DNA of 40,199 bases from a virus (taxonomy: Duplodnaviria > Heunggongvirae > Uroviricota > Caudoviricetes), in the IMG/VR virus record IMGVR_UViG_2681813201_000021. One strand, given 5' to 3'. A program made the translations under genes and the position numbers. The notes under the pieces were generated by a model, which saw nothing but the letters and a program-made list of their open reading frames with translations, had not been told where the DNA came from and made no database searches. Position 1 is the stretch's first letter; each line of letters starts with the position of its first letter. Positions 26,877-37,522 of this stretch are shown here, piece after piece.

Positions 26877-28704
26877 ATTTGAGCTTAAGGCGTTGATCAC
26901 CGGTGTCGACAGGCTTTCTCCCGCGCTGTCGAAAATGCAAAAGAAAATCCGGGGATTTAAACGCCAGGCGGAAGAAGCGTCACAGGGTGGGCTGGCGCTT
27001 GGTGGCGGACTGGCAGCGGGTCTGACGCTTTCCCTGAAATCTTATGCCGATCAGGAAAACGCCGCCACCGGGCTGAAAGTCGCCATGATGGATGCGAACG
27101 GCGAGGTTGGAAAGAGCTTTCAGGACATCAATAAACTGGCTATTGGCCTGGGTAACCAGCTACCCGGTACAACGGCTGATTTCCAGAACATGATGCAGAT
27201 GCTGGTGCGTCAGGGGATCCCGGCAGAAAACATTCTTGGTGGTGTGGGTAAAGCGACAGCTTATCTTGCGGTACAACTGAAAAAAACACCGGAAGCGGCT
27301 GCTGAGTTTGCTGCAAAGATGCAGGATGCTACCGGAACGGCGTCAGAAGACATGATGGGGCTGTTCGACACTATCCAGAAGGCGTTTTATCTGGGCGTTG
27401 ATGATACCAACATGTTGTCCTTCTTCACTAAAACCAGTTCTGTTCTGAAAATGGTGAATAAGGACGGTCTTCAGGCTGCACAGAGCCTTGCCCCTATCAG
27501 CGTCATGATGGATCAGATGGGGATGAACGGGGAGTCGGCAGGTAATGCCCTGCGAAAAGTTATCCAGTCCGGATTAAGCGTTAAGAAAATCAGGGACGTC
27601 AATAAAGTCATGGCCCGCCAGAAACTCGGAGTGCAGCTCGATTTTACTGACGGCAAAGGGAGTTTTGGCGGTCTTGATAACATGTTTAAGCAACTGGCAA
27701 AGCTGCGAAAACTGACCGACGTTAAGCGAACAGGTGTACTTAAGGCAATATTTGGTGATGATGCCGAAACCCTTCAGGTGGTCAATGCTCTGATCGATAA
27801 AGGAAAGGATGGTTACGATCAGATCCAGCAGAAGATGAATAAACAGGCCAGCCTGAATAAACGTGTTCAGGCACAGCTTGGTACGCTGTCCAACCTGTGG
27901 GAGGCAATGACAGGGACCGCAACTAACGGCCTTGCGGCTATTGGCGGCGCATTTTCTGGTGACGCCAAAAATATCACGCAATGGCTGGGGGAGTTGGGGG
28001 AAAAATTCACGAAGTTTGCGGATGAAAATCCCCGGGTTATTCGCGGCGTCGTCGGGCTTGCTGCCGGTCTTGCGATTCTGAAACTGGGATTGATGGGCGT
28101 GGGCAGTGCCATCAGTATCGTCAGCAGGATCATGTCGATGACGCCGATTGGCATGATTGCGACGGCGATTGCCCTGGCTGCGGGATTAATTATCACTAAC
28201 TGGGATGTTGTCGGACCTTATTTTAAGAAACTCTGGGAAACCATTAGTCCTTATTTTGAGGCTGGCCGGGAACTTCTGAAGAAGGTTTTTGCCTGGTCGC
28301 CGCTGGGGATGGTGATCAATAACTGGGGACCGGTTGTTAAGTGGTTTCAGGATATGTGGGATAAGCTGAAGCCGATTATTGAATGGTTTACCGACAGTTC
28401 CGGTGACACGGTCGATGCCATTAACTCTGCGCAGTGGGGCGCGGGTGCTTATGATGCTTATGGGACGGGAATACCGGCGCGGGGATACACACCTTATCCG
28501 GCGGTGGATCCGGCTCAGTCAAACAACGCCTCCGATGCCACAGGCCCGAATCCCTTCATGATTAACAAAGCTTCTGCGCCAAAAGTTGATGGTGAGATCA
28601 AGGTCTCTTTTGTGAATTCGCCTCCGGGGATGCGGGTTATGGAAACGCGATCCAGCGGTTTTGATGTCAGCCATGATGTTGGCTATACGCGCTTTGGCAG
28701 GTAA
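26869..28704 (+). CDS. Tail tape measure protein
   Basis: 611 aa, helical N-terminal half, Gly-rich hydrophobic segment; position. Confidence 0.9.
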   Translation: MAEFELKALITGVDRLSPALSKMQKKIRGFKRQAEEASQGGLALGGGLAAGLTLSLKSYADQENAATGLKVAMMDANGEVGKSFQDINKLAIGLGNQLPGTTADFQNMMQMLVRQGIPAENILGGVGKATAYLAVQLKKTPEAAAEFAAKMQDATGTASEDMMGLFDTIQKAFYLGVDDTNMLSFFTKTSSVLKMVNKDGLQAAQSLAPISVMMDQMGMNGESAGNALRKVIQSGLSVKKIRDVNKVMARQKLGVQLDFTDGKGSFGGLDNMFKQLAKLRKLTDVKRTGVLKAIFGDDAETLQVVNALIDKGKDGYDQIQQKMNKQASLNKRVQAQLGTLSNLWEAMTGTATNGLAAIGGAFSGDAKNITQWLGELGEKFTKFADENPRVIRGVVGLAAGLAILKLGLMGVGSAISIVSRIMSMTPIGMIATAIALAAGLIITNWDVVGPYFKKLWETISPYFEAGRELLKKVFAWSPLGMVINNWGPVVKWFQDMWDKLKPIIEWFTDSSGDTVDAINSAQWGAGAYDAYGTGIPARGYTPYPAVDPAQSNNASDATGPNPFMINKASAPKVDGEIKVSFVNSPPGMRVMETRSSGFDVSHDVGYTRFGR

Positions 28705-28764
28705 TGAAAAATTAATCTGTTAATGAGTCCCACTCCGATGGGATTTTTTATGTACGGAGTTTAT

Positions 28765-30093
28765 ATGACGTGGAAAGACAGACTTCAGGACGCGTCATTT
28801 CGCGGTGTGCCGTTTAAGGTTGAAGAAGAAAGTGCGGGAACCGGCCGTCGTGTGGAAACACACGAATATCCGAACCGCGACAAACCCTATACCGAAGATC
28901 TGGGAAAAGTCACTTTCCGCCCGTCCATCACGGCTTATGTGGTGGGCGATGACTGCTTTGACCAGCGCGATCGCCTGATTGACGCGCTGAATAAACCCGG
29001 TCCCGGCACGCTTGTCCATCCGACATACGGTGAGCTGAAAGTCTGTGTTGACGGGGAAGTTCGGGTCAGCACATCGAAGAATGAAGGGCGTATTGTCCGC
29101 TTTGACCTGAAGTTTGTCGAAGCGGGAGAACTCTCTTACCCCATATCAGGTGCGGCGACGGCGCAGACGCTGATGTCATCCTGTTCTGCACTGGATGACT
29201 GCATCAGTGACAGTTTCAGAGGTTTCAGTATCGATGGCGTGGCGGATTTTGTGCAGAACGACGTCGTCGGTAATGCCAGCACAATGCTGGGGTATGTTTC
29301 TGATGCGATGAAAGTGGTGGATTCTGCCGTATCGGATGCCGCCAGGCTGTTGCAGGGGGATATCTCGGTACTTCTGCCGCCGCCATCGTCAGGCAAAAAT
29401 TTCGTTGAGCAGGTGCAGAAAATGTGGCGTACCGGGAAACGCCTTTATGGTAACGCCAGCGACCTGGCCACCATGATCAAAACGCTTTCCGGTGTCAGCC
29501 TTGGCAGCGATCTGCAACCGCGCGGCGTCTGGAAAACGGACAGTAAAACCACCGCCACGGCGACACAGCAGCGTAACGTGGTTGCCAGCACCCTTCGTAC
29601 GACCGCAATCAGCGAAGCGGCGTATGCCGTCACCCGATTGCCTGCGCCAACAACTTCCGCGGTGATGCAGAATGCCGCAGTGGGGCAGGCAACAACAGCT
29701 GCGCAGAGCACCGGCTGGCCTTCCGTTACGCATCCGGCACTGAACAATGCACCTGCGGTGAAAAACACGGTTGATCTGCCGACGTGGGAAGAACTGACTG
29801 ACATTCGCGACACACTGAATACGGCAATTGATAAGGAGTTGTCCCGTACAACCAGTGATGCGCTGTTTCTGGCGCTGCGCCGGGTGAAAGCAGATCTGAA
29901 TGCGGATATCAACACGCGCCTTGAACAGTCTGCACGGATCATTCAGCGCACGCCGGATGAGGTTTTACCCGCGCTGGTGCTGGCGGCGACCTGGTTTGAT
30001 AACGCGGCGCGTGACGCGGACATTATCCGGCGTAATGCCATTACGCATCCCGGCTTTGTGCCGGTGATCCCTCTGAAGGTGCCAGTGCAATGA
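28765..30093 (+). CDS. DNA circularisation protein (Mu N-like)
   Basis: Start ATG 28765 with RBS ACGGAG; position after tape measure in Mu-type tail module. Confidence 0.75.
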   Translation: MTWKDRLQDASFRGVPFKVEEESAGTGRRVETHEYPNRDKPYTEDLGKVTFRPSITAYVVGDDCFDQRDRLIDALNKPGPGTLVHPTYGELKVCVDGEVRVSTSKNEGRIVRFDLKFVEAGELSYPISGAATAQTLMSSCSALDDCISDSFRGFSIDGVADFVQNDVVGNASTMLGYVSDAMKVVDSAVSDAARLLQGDISVLLPPPSSGKNFVEQVQKMWRTGKRLYGNASDLATMIKTLSGVSLGSDLQPRGVWKTDSKTTATATQQRNVVASTLRTTAISEAAYAVTRLPAPTTSAVMQNAAVGQATTAAQSTGWPSVTHPALNNAPAVKNTVDLPTWEELTDIRDTLNTAIDKELSRTTSDALFLALRRVKADLNADINTRLEQSARIIQRTPDEVLPALVLAATWFDNAARDADIIRRNAITHPGFVPVIPLKVPVQ

Positions 30094-31169
30094 ACGATAA
30101 CGTCACGCTACGGGTAAATGGCCGGGAGTGGAATGGCTGGACATCGGTGCGCATCGGTGCCGGTGTTGAACGACTGGCGCGGGATTTCAGTGTGGAGATC
30201 ACCCGCCAGTGGCCGGGAGATGAGGGTATCACCACGCTTCAGCCGCGCATTAAAAACGGTTCAAAAGTGGAGGTGCTGATTGGTGATGAGCTGGTGATCA
30301 CCGGCTGGGTGGAGGCGACGCCCGTTCGTTACGATGCCCGTTCGGTCAGCACCGGTATTGCCGGACGCAGTCTGACCGCTGACCTGATTGACTGTGCAGC
30401 CGAACCGACACAGTTTAACGGACGATCGCTGGTACAGATTGCGCAGGCGCTTGCTGCGCCTTTCGGCATTGAGGTGGTGAACAGCGGTGCGCCGTCGGGT
30501 GTTATTCCTGATGTCCAGCCTGATCACGGTGAAACGGTGATTGAGGTAATCAACAAAGTACTCGGTCAGCAGCAGGCGCTGGCTTATGACGATCCGCACG
30601 GCAGGCTGGTGATTGGCGGTATTGGCTCAACGCGGGCACATACCGCGCTGGTACTTGGGGAAAACATCCTTTCCTGTGATACGGAGAAGAGTATCCGGGA
30701 GCGGTTTTCTGTTTACCAGGTGGCGGGGCAGCGTGCCGGAAACGACGATGATTTCGGTGAGGCCACCACCACCGCGCTGCGGGCCCGCACAGAGGACGCA
30801 TTTATTGCCCGTTACCGTCCGATGTATATCAGGCAGACAGGGCAGGCTACGGGGGCAGGCTGTATTGCGCGTGCTGACTTTGAAGCCCGGCAACGGGCGG
30901 CGCGGACGGATGAAACCACCTATGTGGTGCAGGGCTGGCGACAGGGTAACGGTACGCTGTGGCAGCCCAACCAGCGGGTGATTGTCTTCGATCCGGTCTG
31001 TGGTTTCGACAATACCGAACTGCTTGTCTCGGAAGTCACGTTTACTCAGGACCAGAACGGCACCCTGACGGAAATCCGTGTCGGCCCGCCTGATGCTTAT
31101 CTGCCTGAACCCGAAGATCCCGGCGCGCGGAAAAAGAAAAAAGCCAGAGTACAGGAGGACCCGTTCTGA
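30090..31169 (+). CDS. Tail/baseplate hub protein (Mu P-like)
   Basis: 359 aa; position. Confidence 0.75.
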   Translation: MNDNVTLRVNGREWNGWTSVRIGAGVERLARDFSVEITRQWPGDEGITTLQPRIKNGSKVEVLIGDELVITGWVEATPVRYDARSVSTGIAGRSLTADLIDCAAEPTQFNGRSLVQIAQALAAPFGIEVVNSGAPSGVIPDVQPDHGETVIEVINKVLGQQQALAYDDPHGRLVIGGIGSTRAHTALVLGENILSCDTEKSIRERFSVYQVAGQRAGNDDDFGEATTTALRARTEDAFIARYRPMYIRQTGQATGAGCIARADFEARQRAARTDETTYVVQGWRQGNGTLWQPNQRVIVFDPVCGFDNTELLVSEVTFTQDQNGTLTEIRVGPPDAYLPEPEDPGARKKKKARVQEDPF

Positions 31170-31717
31170 TGAGGACGATTGAAGCAATGCAGCGACAACT
31201 TCTCGGCCTGATTGGGCGGGCAGTGGTGAAAAGCATCAGTGCCGCCACGAAATGTCAGACCGTGGATGTGTCCCTGATTGCCGGTGAACCCAAAGCCGGG
31301 ATTGAACATCTTGAACCCTACGGTTTTACCGCAAGGGCAAACAGCGGTGCGGAAGCGGTGGTGTTGTTTCCGGATGGCGACCGTTCTCATGCGGTGGTTG
31401 TTACGGTGTCGGACCGGCGCTACCGCCTGAAAGGGCTGCAGACGGGTGAGGTGGCTGTCTATGACGATCAGGGGCAGTCTGTGACGCTGACCCGGGAGGG
31501 GATCGTGGTGGACGGTGCAGGTAAAACGATCACGTTTCGCAATGCGCCCAGAGCACGTTTTGAAATGGACCTGGAAGTGACCGGACAGGTGAAAGACCTG
31601 TGCGACTCCGGCGGTACCACCATGTCAGCGATGCGGCTTGCCTATAACGGGCATCGTCACAGAGAGAACGGTCAGGGCAGTAACACCGACAAACCGGATA
31701 AAGCGATGGAGGCATGA
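31169..31717 (+). CDS. Baseplate spike/assembly protein V-like (Mu gp45-like)
   Basis: 182 aa; position. Confidence 0.75.
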   Translation: MRTIEAMQRQLLGLIGRAVVKSISAATKCQTVDVSLIAGEPKAGIEHLEPYGFTARANSGAEAVVLFPDGDRSHAVVVTVSDRRYRLKGLQTGEVAVYDDQGQSVTLTREGIVVDGAGKTITFRNAPRARFEMDLEVTGQVKDLCDSGGTTMSAMRLAYNGHRHRENGQGSNTDKPDKAMEA

Positions 31718-32142
31718 TGGAACTGTGGCTGACGGTGAACGGTAAACGCACCTGCGCCAGCGCACCGCTGGATCCGCTGACCCGCGCCGTGGTGATTTCC
31801 CTGTTTACCTGGCGGCGGGCGGAGCCTGATGACAACGCCGACGTCCCGATGGGATGGTGGGGGGATACCTGGCCTGCGGTACAGAATGACCGTTACGGCT
31901 CCCGACTGTGGCTGCTTCAGCGCAGCAAACTGACCAATCAACTGGTGCAGACGGTAAGGGGATATATCCGCGAATGCCTGCAATGGATGATTGATGACGG
32001 CGTGGTGTCCCGTATTGATCTGGATATCCGCCGCACCGGGATTAATGAACTGGGTAACAGTATCACTCTCTGGCGTCGTGACGGACCGGTAATGATTTCT
32101 TTTGATGATCTGTGGAGTGCGATAACTCATGGCGGACAGTGA
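31714..32142 (+). CDS. Baseplate protein (Mu gp46 / GPW-like)
   Basis: 142 aa; position. Confidence 0.7.
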   Translation: MMELWLTVNGKRTCASAPLDPLTRAVVISLFTWRRAEPDDNADVPMGWWGDTWPAVQNDRYGSRLWLLQRSKLTNQLVQTVRGYIRECLQWMIDDGVVSRIDLDIRRTGINELGNSITLWRRDGPVMISFDDLWSAITHGGQ

Positions 32143-33187
32143 ATTTCAGCGCCCGACGCTGGCAGAAAATATCAGTATGCTCCGTAACGATTTATTCGCC
32201 AGGCTGGACGTCAGCGACACGCTCCGGCGCATGGATGAAGACGTGCGGGCAAAGGTGTATGCGGCGGCGCTGCATACGGTTTACGGGTACATCGATTATC
32301 TGGCAATGAATATGCTGCCTGACCTGTGCGATGAGTCCTGGCTGGCGCGACATGCTGCGATGAAACGGTGTCCGCGCAAGGGGGCCACGGCTGCCAGCGG
32401 GTATATGCGCTGGGAAGGTGTCAGCGATGGCCTGAAGGTGACTGCCGGGAGCGTGATTCAGCGCGATGACCTGGTTCAGTACACGGCAACTGCCGATGCA
32501 ACCAGCTCCGGTGGTGTCCTGCGTGTGCCGATCACTTGCTCAACTACAGGCGCGGTCGGTAACGCTGACGACGGTACGGCATTAATCCTGGTCACGCCGG
32601 TGAATGGTCTGCCGTCTTCCGGTGTGGCTGACACCCTGACAGGCGGATTTGATACTGAAGAGCTGGAAACGTGGCGCGCCCGCGTCATTGAGCGGTATTA
32701 CTGGACGCCTCAGGGCGGGGCTGACGGGGACTATGTCGTCTGGGCTAAAGAAGTGCCAGGCATTACCCGTGCATGGACATACCGCCACTGGATGGGAACG
32801 GGAACTGTCGGTGTGATGATTGCCAGCAGTGACCTGATTAATCCCATTCCGGAAGAATCAACGGAAACGGCAGCAAGACAACATATCGGGCCACTGGCCC
32901 CGGTGGCAGGCTCTGATTTGTATGTATTCAGGCCGGTGGCACATACGGTGGATTTTCATATCCGCGTGACGCCGGACACACCAGAAATACGGGCTGCCAT
33001 TACCGCGGAGTTGCGTTCGTTCCTGCTGCGTGATGGTTATCCGCAGGGAGAACTGAAGGTGTCACGTATCAGTGAAGCGATTTCCGGTGCGAACGGGGAA
33101 TACAGCCATCAGTTGCTTGCACCGGCGGACAATATCTCCATTGCAAAAAATGAACTGGCGGTACTGGGGACGATTTCATGGACGTGA
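32129..33187 (+). CDS. Baseplate J-like protein (Mu gp47-like)
   Basis: 352 aa; position. Confidence 0.8.
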   Translation: MADSEFQRPTLAENISMLRNDLFARLDVSDTLRRMDEDVRAKVYAAALHTVYGYIDYLAMNMLPDLCDESWLARHAAMKRCPRKGATAASGYMRWEGVSDGLKVTAGSVIQRDDLVQYTATADATSSGGVLRVPITCSTTGAVGNADDGTALILVTPVNGLPSSGVADTLTGGFDTEELETWRARVIERYYWTPQGGADGDYVVWAKEVPGITRAWTYRHWMGTGTVGVMIASSDLINPIPEESTETAARQHIGPLAPVAGSDLYVFRPVAHTVDFHIRVTPDTPEIRAAITAELRSFLLRDGYPQGELKVSRISEAISGANGEYSHQLLAPADNISIAKNELAVLGTISWT

Positions 33188-33762
33188 CAAACGATGATTA
33201 CATCCGTCTGTTGTCGGCACTGTTGCCACCCGGTCCGGCGTGGTCAGCCAGAGATCCGGCGATTGCCGGTGCGGCACCGTCATTAACCCGCGTTCATCAG
33301 CGTGCGGATGCCCTGATGCGGGAGCTGGATCCGCGCACCACCACTGAACTGATAAACCGCTGGGAGCGTCTGTGCGGTCTGCCGGATGAATGTATTCCCG
33401 CAGGGACACAGACCCTTCGCCAGCGTCAGCAACGACTGGATGCGAAGGTTAACCTGGCGGGCGGCATCAATGAGGATTTTTACCTTGCACAGCTTGCTGC
33501 CCTGGGCAGACCAGACGCTACCATCACGCGATACGACAAAAGCACGTTCACCTGCTCATCTGCCTGTACTGACGCGGTGAATGCGCCGGAATGGCGGTAT
33601 TACTGGCAGGTCAACATGCCAGCCGCCACCAACACCACCTGGATGACATGTGGCGATCCCTGTGATACCGCGCTGCGTATCTGGGGCGACACCGTCGTCG
33701 AATGTGTGCTTAACAAACTCTCCCCTTCGCATACCTACGTAATTTTTAAATATCCGGAGTAA
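33178..33762 (+). CDS. Tail protein (Mu gp48 / DUF2313, YmfQ-like)
   Basis: 194 aa, precedes tail fibre. Confidence 0.75.
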   Translation: MDVTNDDYIRLLSALLPPGPAWSARDPAIAGAAPSLTRVHQRADALMRELDPRTTTELINRWERLCGLPDECIPAGTQTLRQRQQRLDAKVNLAGGINEDFYLAQLAALGRPDATITRYDKSTFTCSSACTDAVNAPEWRYYWQVNMPAATNTTWMTCGDPCDTALRIWGDTVVECVLNKLSPSHTYVIFKYPE

Positions 33763-33765
33763 TCC

Positions 33766-34398
33766 ATGCATCGTATAGACACGAAAACCGCGCAGAAGGA
33801 TAAGTTCGGCGCGGGTAAGAACGGTTTTACCCGTGGTAACCCCCAGACTGGCACGCCTGCCACCGATCTGGATGATGACTACTTTGATATGTTGCAGGAA
33901 GAACTCTGCAGCGTGGTGGAGGCATCCGGTGCCAGTCTGGAGAAGGCGCGGCACGACCAGCTGCTTACCGCGCTTCGTGCGCTGCTGTTAAGCCGCAAGA
34001 ATCCGTTTGGCGATATCAAATCGGATGGCACGGTGAAAACGGCTCTCGAAAACCTTGGTTTGGGAGAAGCCAGATATGTCATTCAGCGAGGAGCTAATGC
34101 CAATGGTGCGTGGATACGCTGGTCAGATGGTGCAATAGAAGTCTTTGGAACGGGGGGTTCTAATGATAATGGACTGGCTAAAGTCGTTTATCCAATTGCG
34201 CTACCTAAGCTTTCACGTTTTATCAGCATAGCGGAAAGAATAGGAACGGATTATGGGGGCACATCTAATAACGTTCACGTTTCAATGATCGTGGATGACC
34301 AGGTCACTAATACCGGTTTTTATGTCCGCTGCCAGATGTACGACGGAACACCATCAACAAGTGCTTTTTCCTGGAGGGTTTATTGTGCGCCTGTTTAA
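33766..34398 (+). CDS. Tail fibre protein (constant N-terminus plus currently expressed variable C-terminus)
   Basis: 210 aa; crossover site lies inside at codons for ENLGLGE (34043-34068); RBS GGAG. Confidence 0.8.
   Translation: MHRIDTKTAQKDKFGAGKNGFTRGNPQTGTPATDLDDDYFDMLQEELCSVVEASGASLEKARHDQLLTALRALLLSRKNPFGDIKSDGTVKTALENLGLGEARYVIQRGANANGAWIRWSDGAIEVFGTGGSNDNGLAKVVYPIALPKLSRFISIAERIGTDYGGTSNNVHVSMIVDDQVTNTGFYVRCQMYDGTPSTSAFSWRVYCAPV
34043..34068. other. Invertase crossover site (left), CTCTCGAAAACC TT GGTTTGGGAGAA
   Basis: 26-bp hix/gix-like site; its right half plus core is repeated in inverted orientation at 35648-35673. Confidence 0.75.
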
Positions 34399-34582
34399 TC
34401 CTGTTACTTTGACTGAAGTAATCCCCGGTCTTCATGACGTGACCGGGGCTGTTGAATTACCAGAAGATAACTGGTTTTTTACTGCATCTGAAATCCCTGA
34501 AGGAATGGAAATATCTGTTAACGAGAAGGGAGAACCCATTCTGATTGAGATTAAACCGTCTCAGGAGGAACTGGCCAGATGA
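34385..34582 (+). CDS. Tail fibre assembly protein (short; GTG start)
   Basis: GGAGGG RBS 8 nt before GTG 34385; N-terminal RLFNPVTL typical of Tfa proteins. Confidence 0.5.
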   Translation: MRLFNPVTLTEVIPGLHDVTGAVELPEDNWFFTASEIPEGMEISVNEKGEPILIEIKPSQEELAR

Positions 34583-35156
34583 CATCTGGCGCGGTGCTGG
34601 TATCTGTTGCCATCACCGCGTCAGTGTAATCCAGCACGGCGTTAAGTCGGGTGTTTTCTGCCTGCGTCAGCTTCCGCCCGGCCTGCAATTTCAGTTGAAT
34701 CAGACTAATGGAAACCATTGCAGCATCAATCAGCGACTGCCGCTGTGTTTCTGCCATGTCTACTGCTGCTCTATGCTGTGCCTCGGTATCCGTCACCCAT
34801 TTCTCACCATCCCATTTATCGTATGGCGTTAACGGGGCGATAGTGGTTGTCTTTTCAGGGTAATCACCCGGAGCTGTGATTTCTTTTGATTCTCCTGTTT
34901 CGGTGCTATAGACGATTTCACCGCGATGGTCTGGCACATATTCCCATGAGTTAAAATCTGCAGAACGGCAAATTGCATAACCAGCTTTATATGAGCCAGG
35001 AGCATCTAAACAGGAACATGCCGGGATACCGACACCCACAGCAAGATATTCAGTTGATGTGGAAATATATTCCCGCGTTTCACCATCATAATTATAAATG
35101 GTAATGTCTCCCGCTTTTATGGCAATGAGTTCGTTATTTAATACGGCTTTATTCAT
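34551..35156 (-). CDS. Tail fibre assembly protein (alternative, in inverted orientation)
   Basis: 201 aa; C-terminal ...[16 protein letters not shown] Tfa signature; convergent with plus-strand tfa. Confidence 0.8.
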   Translation of the reverse strand: MNKAVLNNELIAIKAGDITIYNYDGETREYISTSTEYLAVGVGIPACSCLDAPGSYKAGYAICRSADFNSWEYVPDHRGEIVYSTETGESKEITAPGDYPEKTTTIAPLTPYDKWDGEKWVTDTEAQHRAAVDMAETQRQSLIDAAMVSISLIQLKLQAGRKLTQAENTRLNAVLDYTDAVMATDTSTAPDVIWPVPPETV

Positions 35157-35661
35157 CAGGCAGCCCTCACGATATAATTAAAGGCAATGTTACGAGGTCT
35201 GTTTTCTGTCGCTGTAGGAACAACTCTTGAGACATCCAAATTAGCGTAAATATGACGATCTGTTATAGAAACTGATGACTTACCTGTAGATTCAGCTTTT
35301 ATCACAACGGAATCATACATTCCCTCATCATTCCCAAAAAATGCACCAGAGCCATTGCCAAAAAAATACAGTGCTGATATTTCATGCCTTGCACCAATTG
35401 TCCCCGTGATATTTCTGATTGCATCTCCCTGAGAGTTCAATATAGTTCGGCCCGAATCAACCCCACGCCCGTCATCCCAGCCGCGAATAAATTCACCGCG
35501 TAAATCAGGCAATTTATTTGTCGGGTAAGCCTTTGCCAGTTCCGGGTATTCTTCAGCAGAAAAAGCCGCACCATTGCATTTCAGCCAGCCTGTCGGCGGA
35601 GTGGCGGAAGGCCACGGAACAGGCACACCGACAGGTAATGCAGAGCCTTCTCCCAAACCAA
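35156..35661 (-). CDS. Alternative tail-fibre variable C-terminal segment (no own start; expressed only after inversion)
   Basis: Reads from crossover site: ...VGLGEGSALPVGVPVPWPS...GWLKCNGAAFSAEEYPELAKAYP...NIAFNYIVRAA, typical fibre C-terminal domain; stop overlaps tfa' start (ATGA). Confidence 0.7.
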
Positions 35662-35673
35662 CGTTTATGAAAA
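35648..35673. other. Invertase crossover site (right), minus strand reads TTTTCATAAACG TT GGTTTGGGAGAA
   Basis: Matches hixL at about 20 of 26 positions as recalled from memory; shares 15 identical bp with the left site in inverted orientation. Confidence 0.75.
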
Positions 35674-35727
35674 TGAAGAAATAACAAGCAAATGGCATCA
35701 TTCCTGCTTTTACCAGGGGGATTTAAC

Positions 35728-36282
35728 ATGCTTATTGGCTATGTACGTGTATCAACAAATGACCAGAATACCGATCTACAACGCAATGCGCTGAACTGTG
35801 CAGGGTGTGAGCTGATTTTTGAAGACAAGATAAGCGGTACAAAGTCCGACAGACCAGGACTGAAAAAGCTGCTCAGGACATTATCGGCAGGTGACACGCT
35901 GGTGGTCTGGAAACTGGACCGACTGGGGCGCAGTATGCGGCATCTTGTCGTGCTGGTGGAGGAGTTGCGCGAACGAGGCATCAACTTTCGTAGTCTGACG
36001 GATTCAATTGATACCAGTACCCCAATGGGGCGCTTTTTCTTTCATGTGATGGGTGCCCTGGCTGAAATGGAGCGTGAACTGATTGTTGAACGAACAAAAG
36101 CTGGACTAGAAGCAGCTCGCGCACAGGGACGAATTGGTGGACGTCGCCCCAAACTTACACCAGAACAATGGGAGCAGGCCGGACGATTAATTGCATCAGG
36201 CGTTCCTCGCCAGAAGGTGGCGATCATCTATGATGTTGGTATATCGACACTGTATAAGAAGTTTCCGGTCGGAGATAAATGA
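35728..36282 (+). CDS. pin: Serine DNA invertase (Pin/Gin/Hin/Cin family)
   Basis: MLIGYVRVSTNDQNTDLQRNAL... with catalytic Ser in the YVRVST motif; close to e14 Pin as recalled; C-terminal HTH. Confidence 0.9.
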   Translation: MLIGYVRVSTNDQNTDLQRNALNCAGCELIFEDKISGTKSDRPGLKKLLRTLSAGDTLVVWKLDRLGRSMRHLVVLVEELRERGINFRSLTDSIDTSTPMGRFFFHVMGALAEMERELIVERTKAGLEAARAQGRIGGRRPKLTPEQWEQAGRLIASGVPRQKVAIIYDVGISTLYKKFPVGDK

Positions 36283-36323
36283 AACCGTAGCACGTCGTAT
36301 GCAAGAAGATCGTGCTGCGGTTT
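36283..36323. terminator. Bidirectional hairpin between convergent pin and GIY-YIG genes
   Basis: AACCGTAGCACG ... CGTGCTGCGGTT stem with one mismatch; T-rich flanks on both strands. Confidence 0.5.
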
Positions 36324-36342
36324 ATGCTTATCACTTAAAGAC

Positions 36343-37161
<819 letters not shown>

Positions 37162-37522
37162 TCATTGCAAGGGCTCACAACCAGTAGTGTTGAGAAAACC
37201 ATCGGAGAAATGAGGCTAAGCCTTTGAATTTACATAGTACAAAAAAGATACTTTTCCTCATAATGTGAGCTAATTTTATGTTTCGTTTGATGATTGGACC
37301 GGTCTCGAAAACCGTAGACACATAGTATGCGTTAATTTATGAACAAACTACTTGTCTGCTGTTTTTCTGTCATTAGTCGTATATAGAATGATTCTCTATG
37401 CCTAACAAAGCATCACCAGTGCTAGATTACGTTGTAGTCACTGTTTAAATATCCAGATAAAACATTTCCTTCTGGGTTGAATGAGTGATAAAGTTTCACC
37501 CATTAGACCCCTTGGAGGAATT

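Larger units (their letters stand above)
34056..35660. other. Invertible tail-fibre segment (about 1.6 kb, e14 P / Mu G-type)
   Basis: Bounded by inverted 26-bp crossover sites; contains the fibre variable part and tfa on plus, alternative tfa and fibre variable part on minus; Pin gene adjacent. Confidence 0.75.
1..36282. mobile_element. Temperate prophage (lambdoid regulation, HK97-like head, Mu-like contractile tail, Pin-invertible fibre); left end at integrase, right boundary not determinable in window
   Basis: Contiguous canonical gene order int-xis, cI/cro, replication, lysis, terminase, head, tail, invertase; att sites lie outside the window. Confidence 0.85.

Noticed and set aside
30550-31390. 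Several minus-strand ORFs (83-186 aa) within the Mu P-like and V-like genes
   Set aside because: Antisense frames in GC-rich coding DNA, Arg/Pro-rich, overlapping well-supported plus-strand genes
35662-35701. N-terminal MMPFACYFFIFINV extension of the minus-strand fibre segment as a real start
   Set aside because: It reads across the crossover site from the non-inverted side; the segment is expressed only as a fusion to the fibre constant region after inversion
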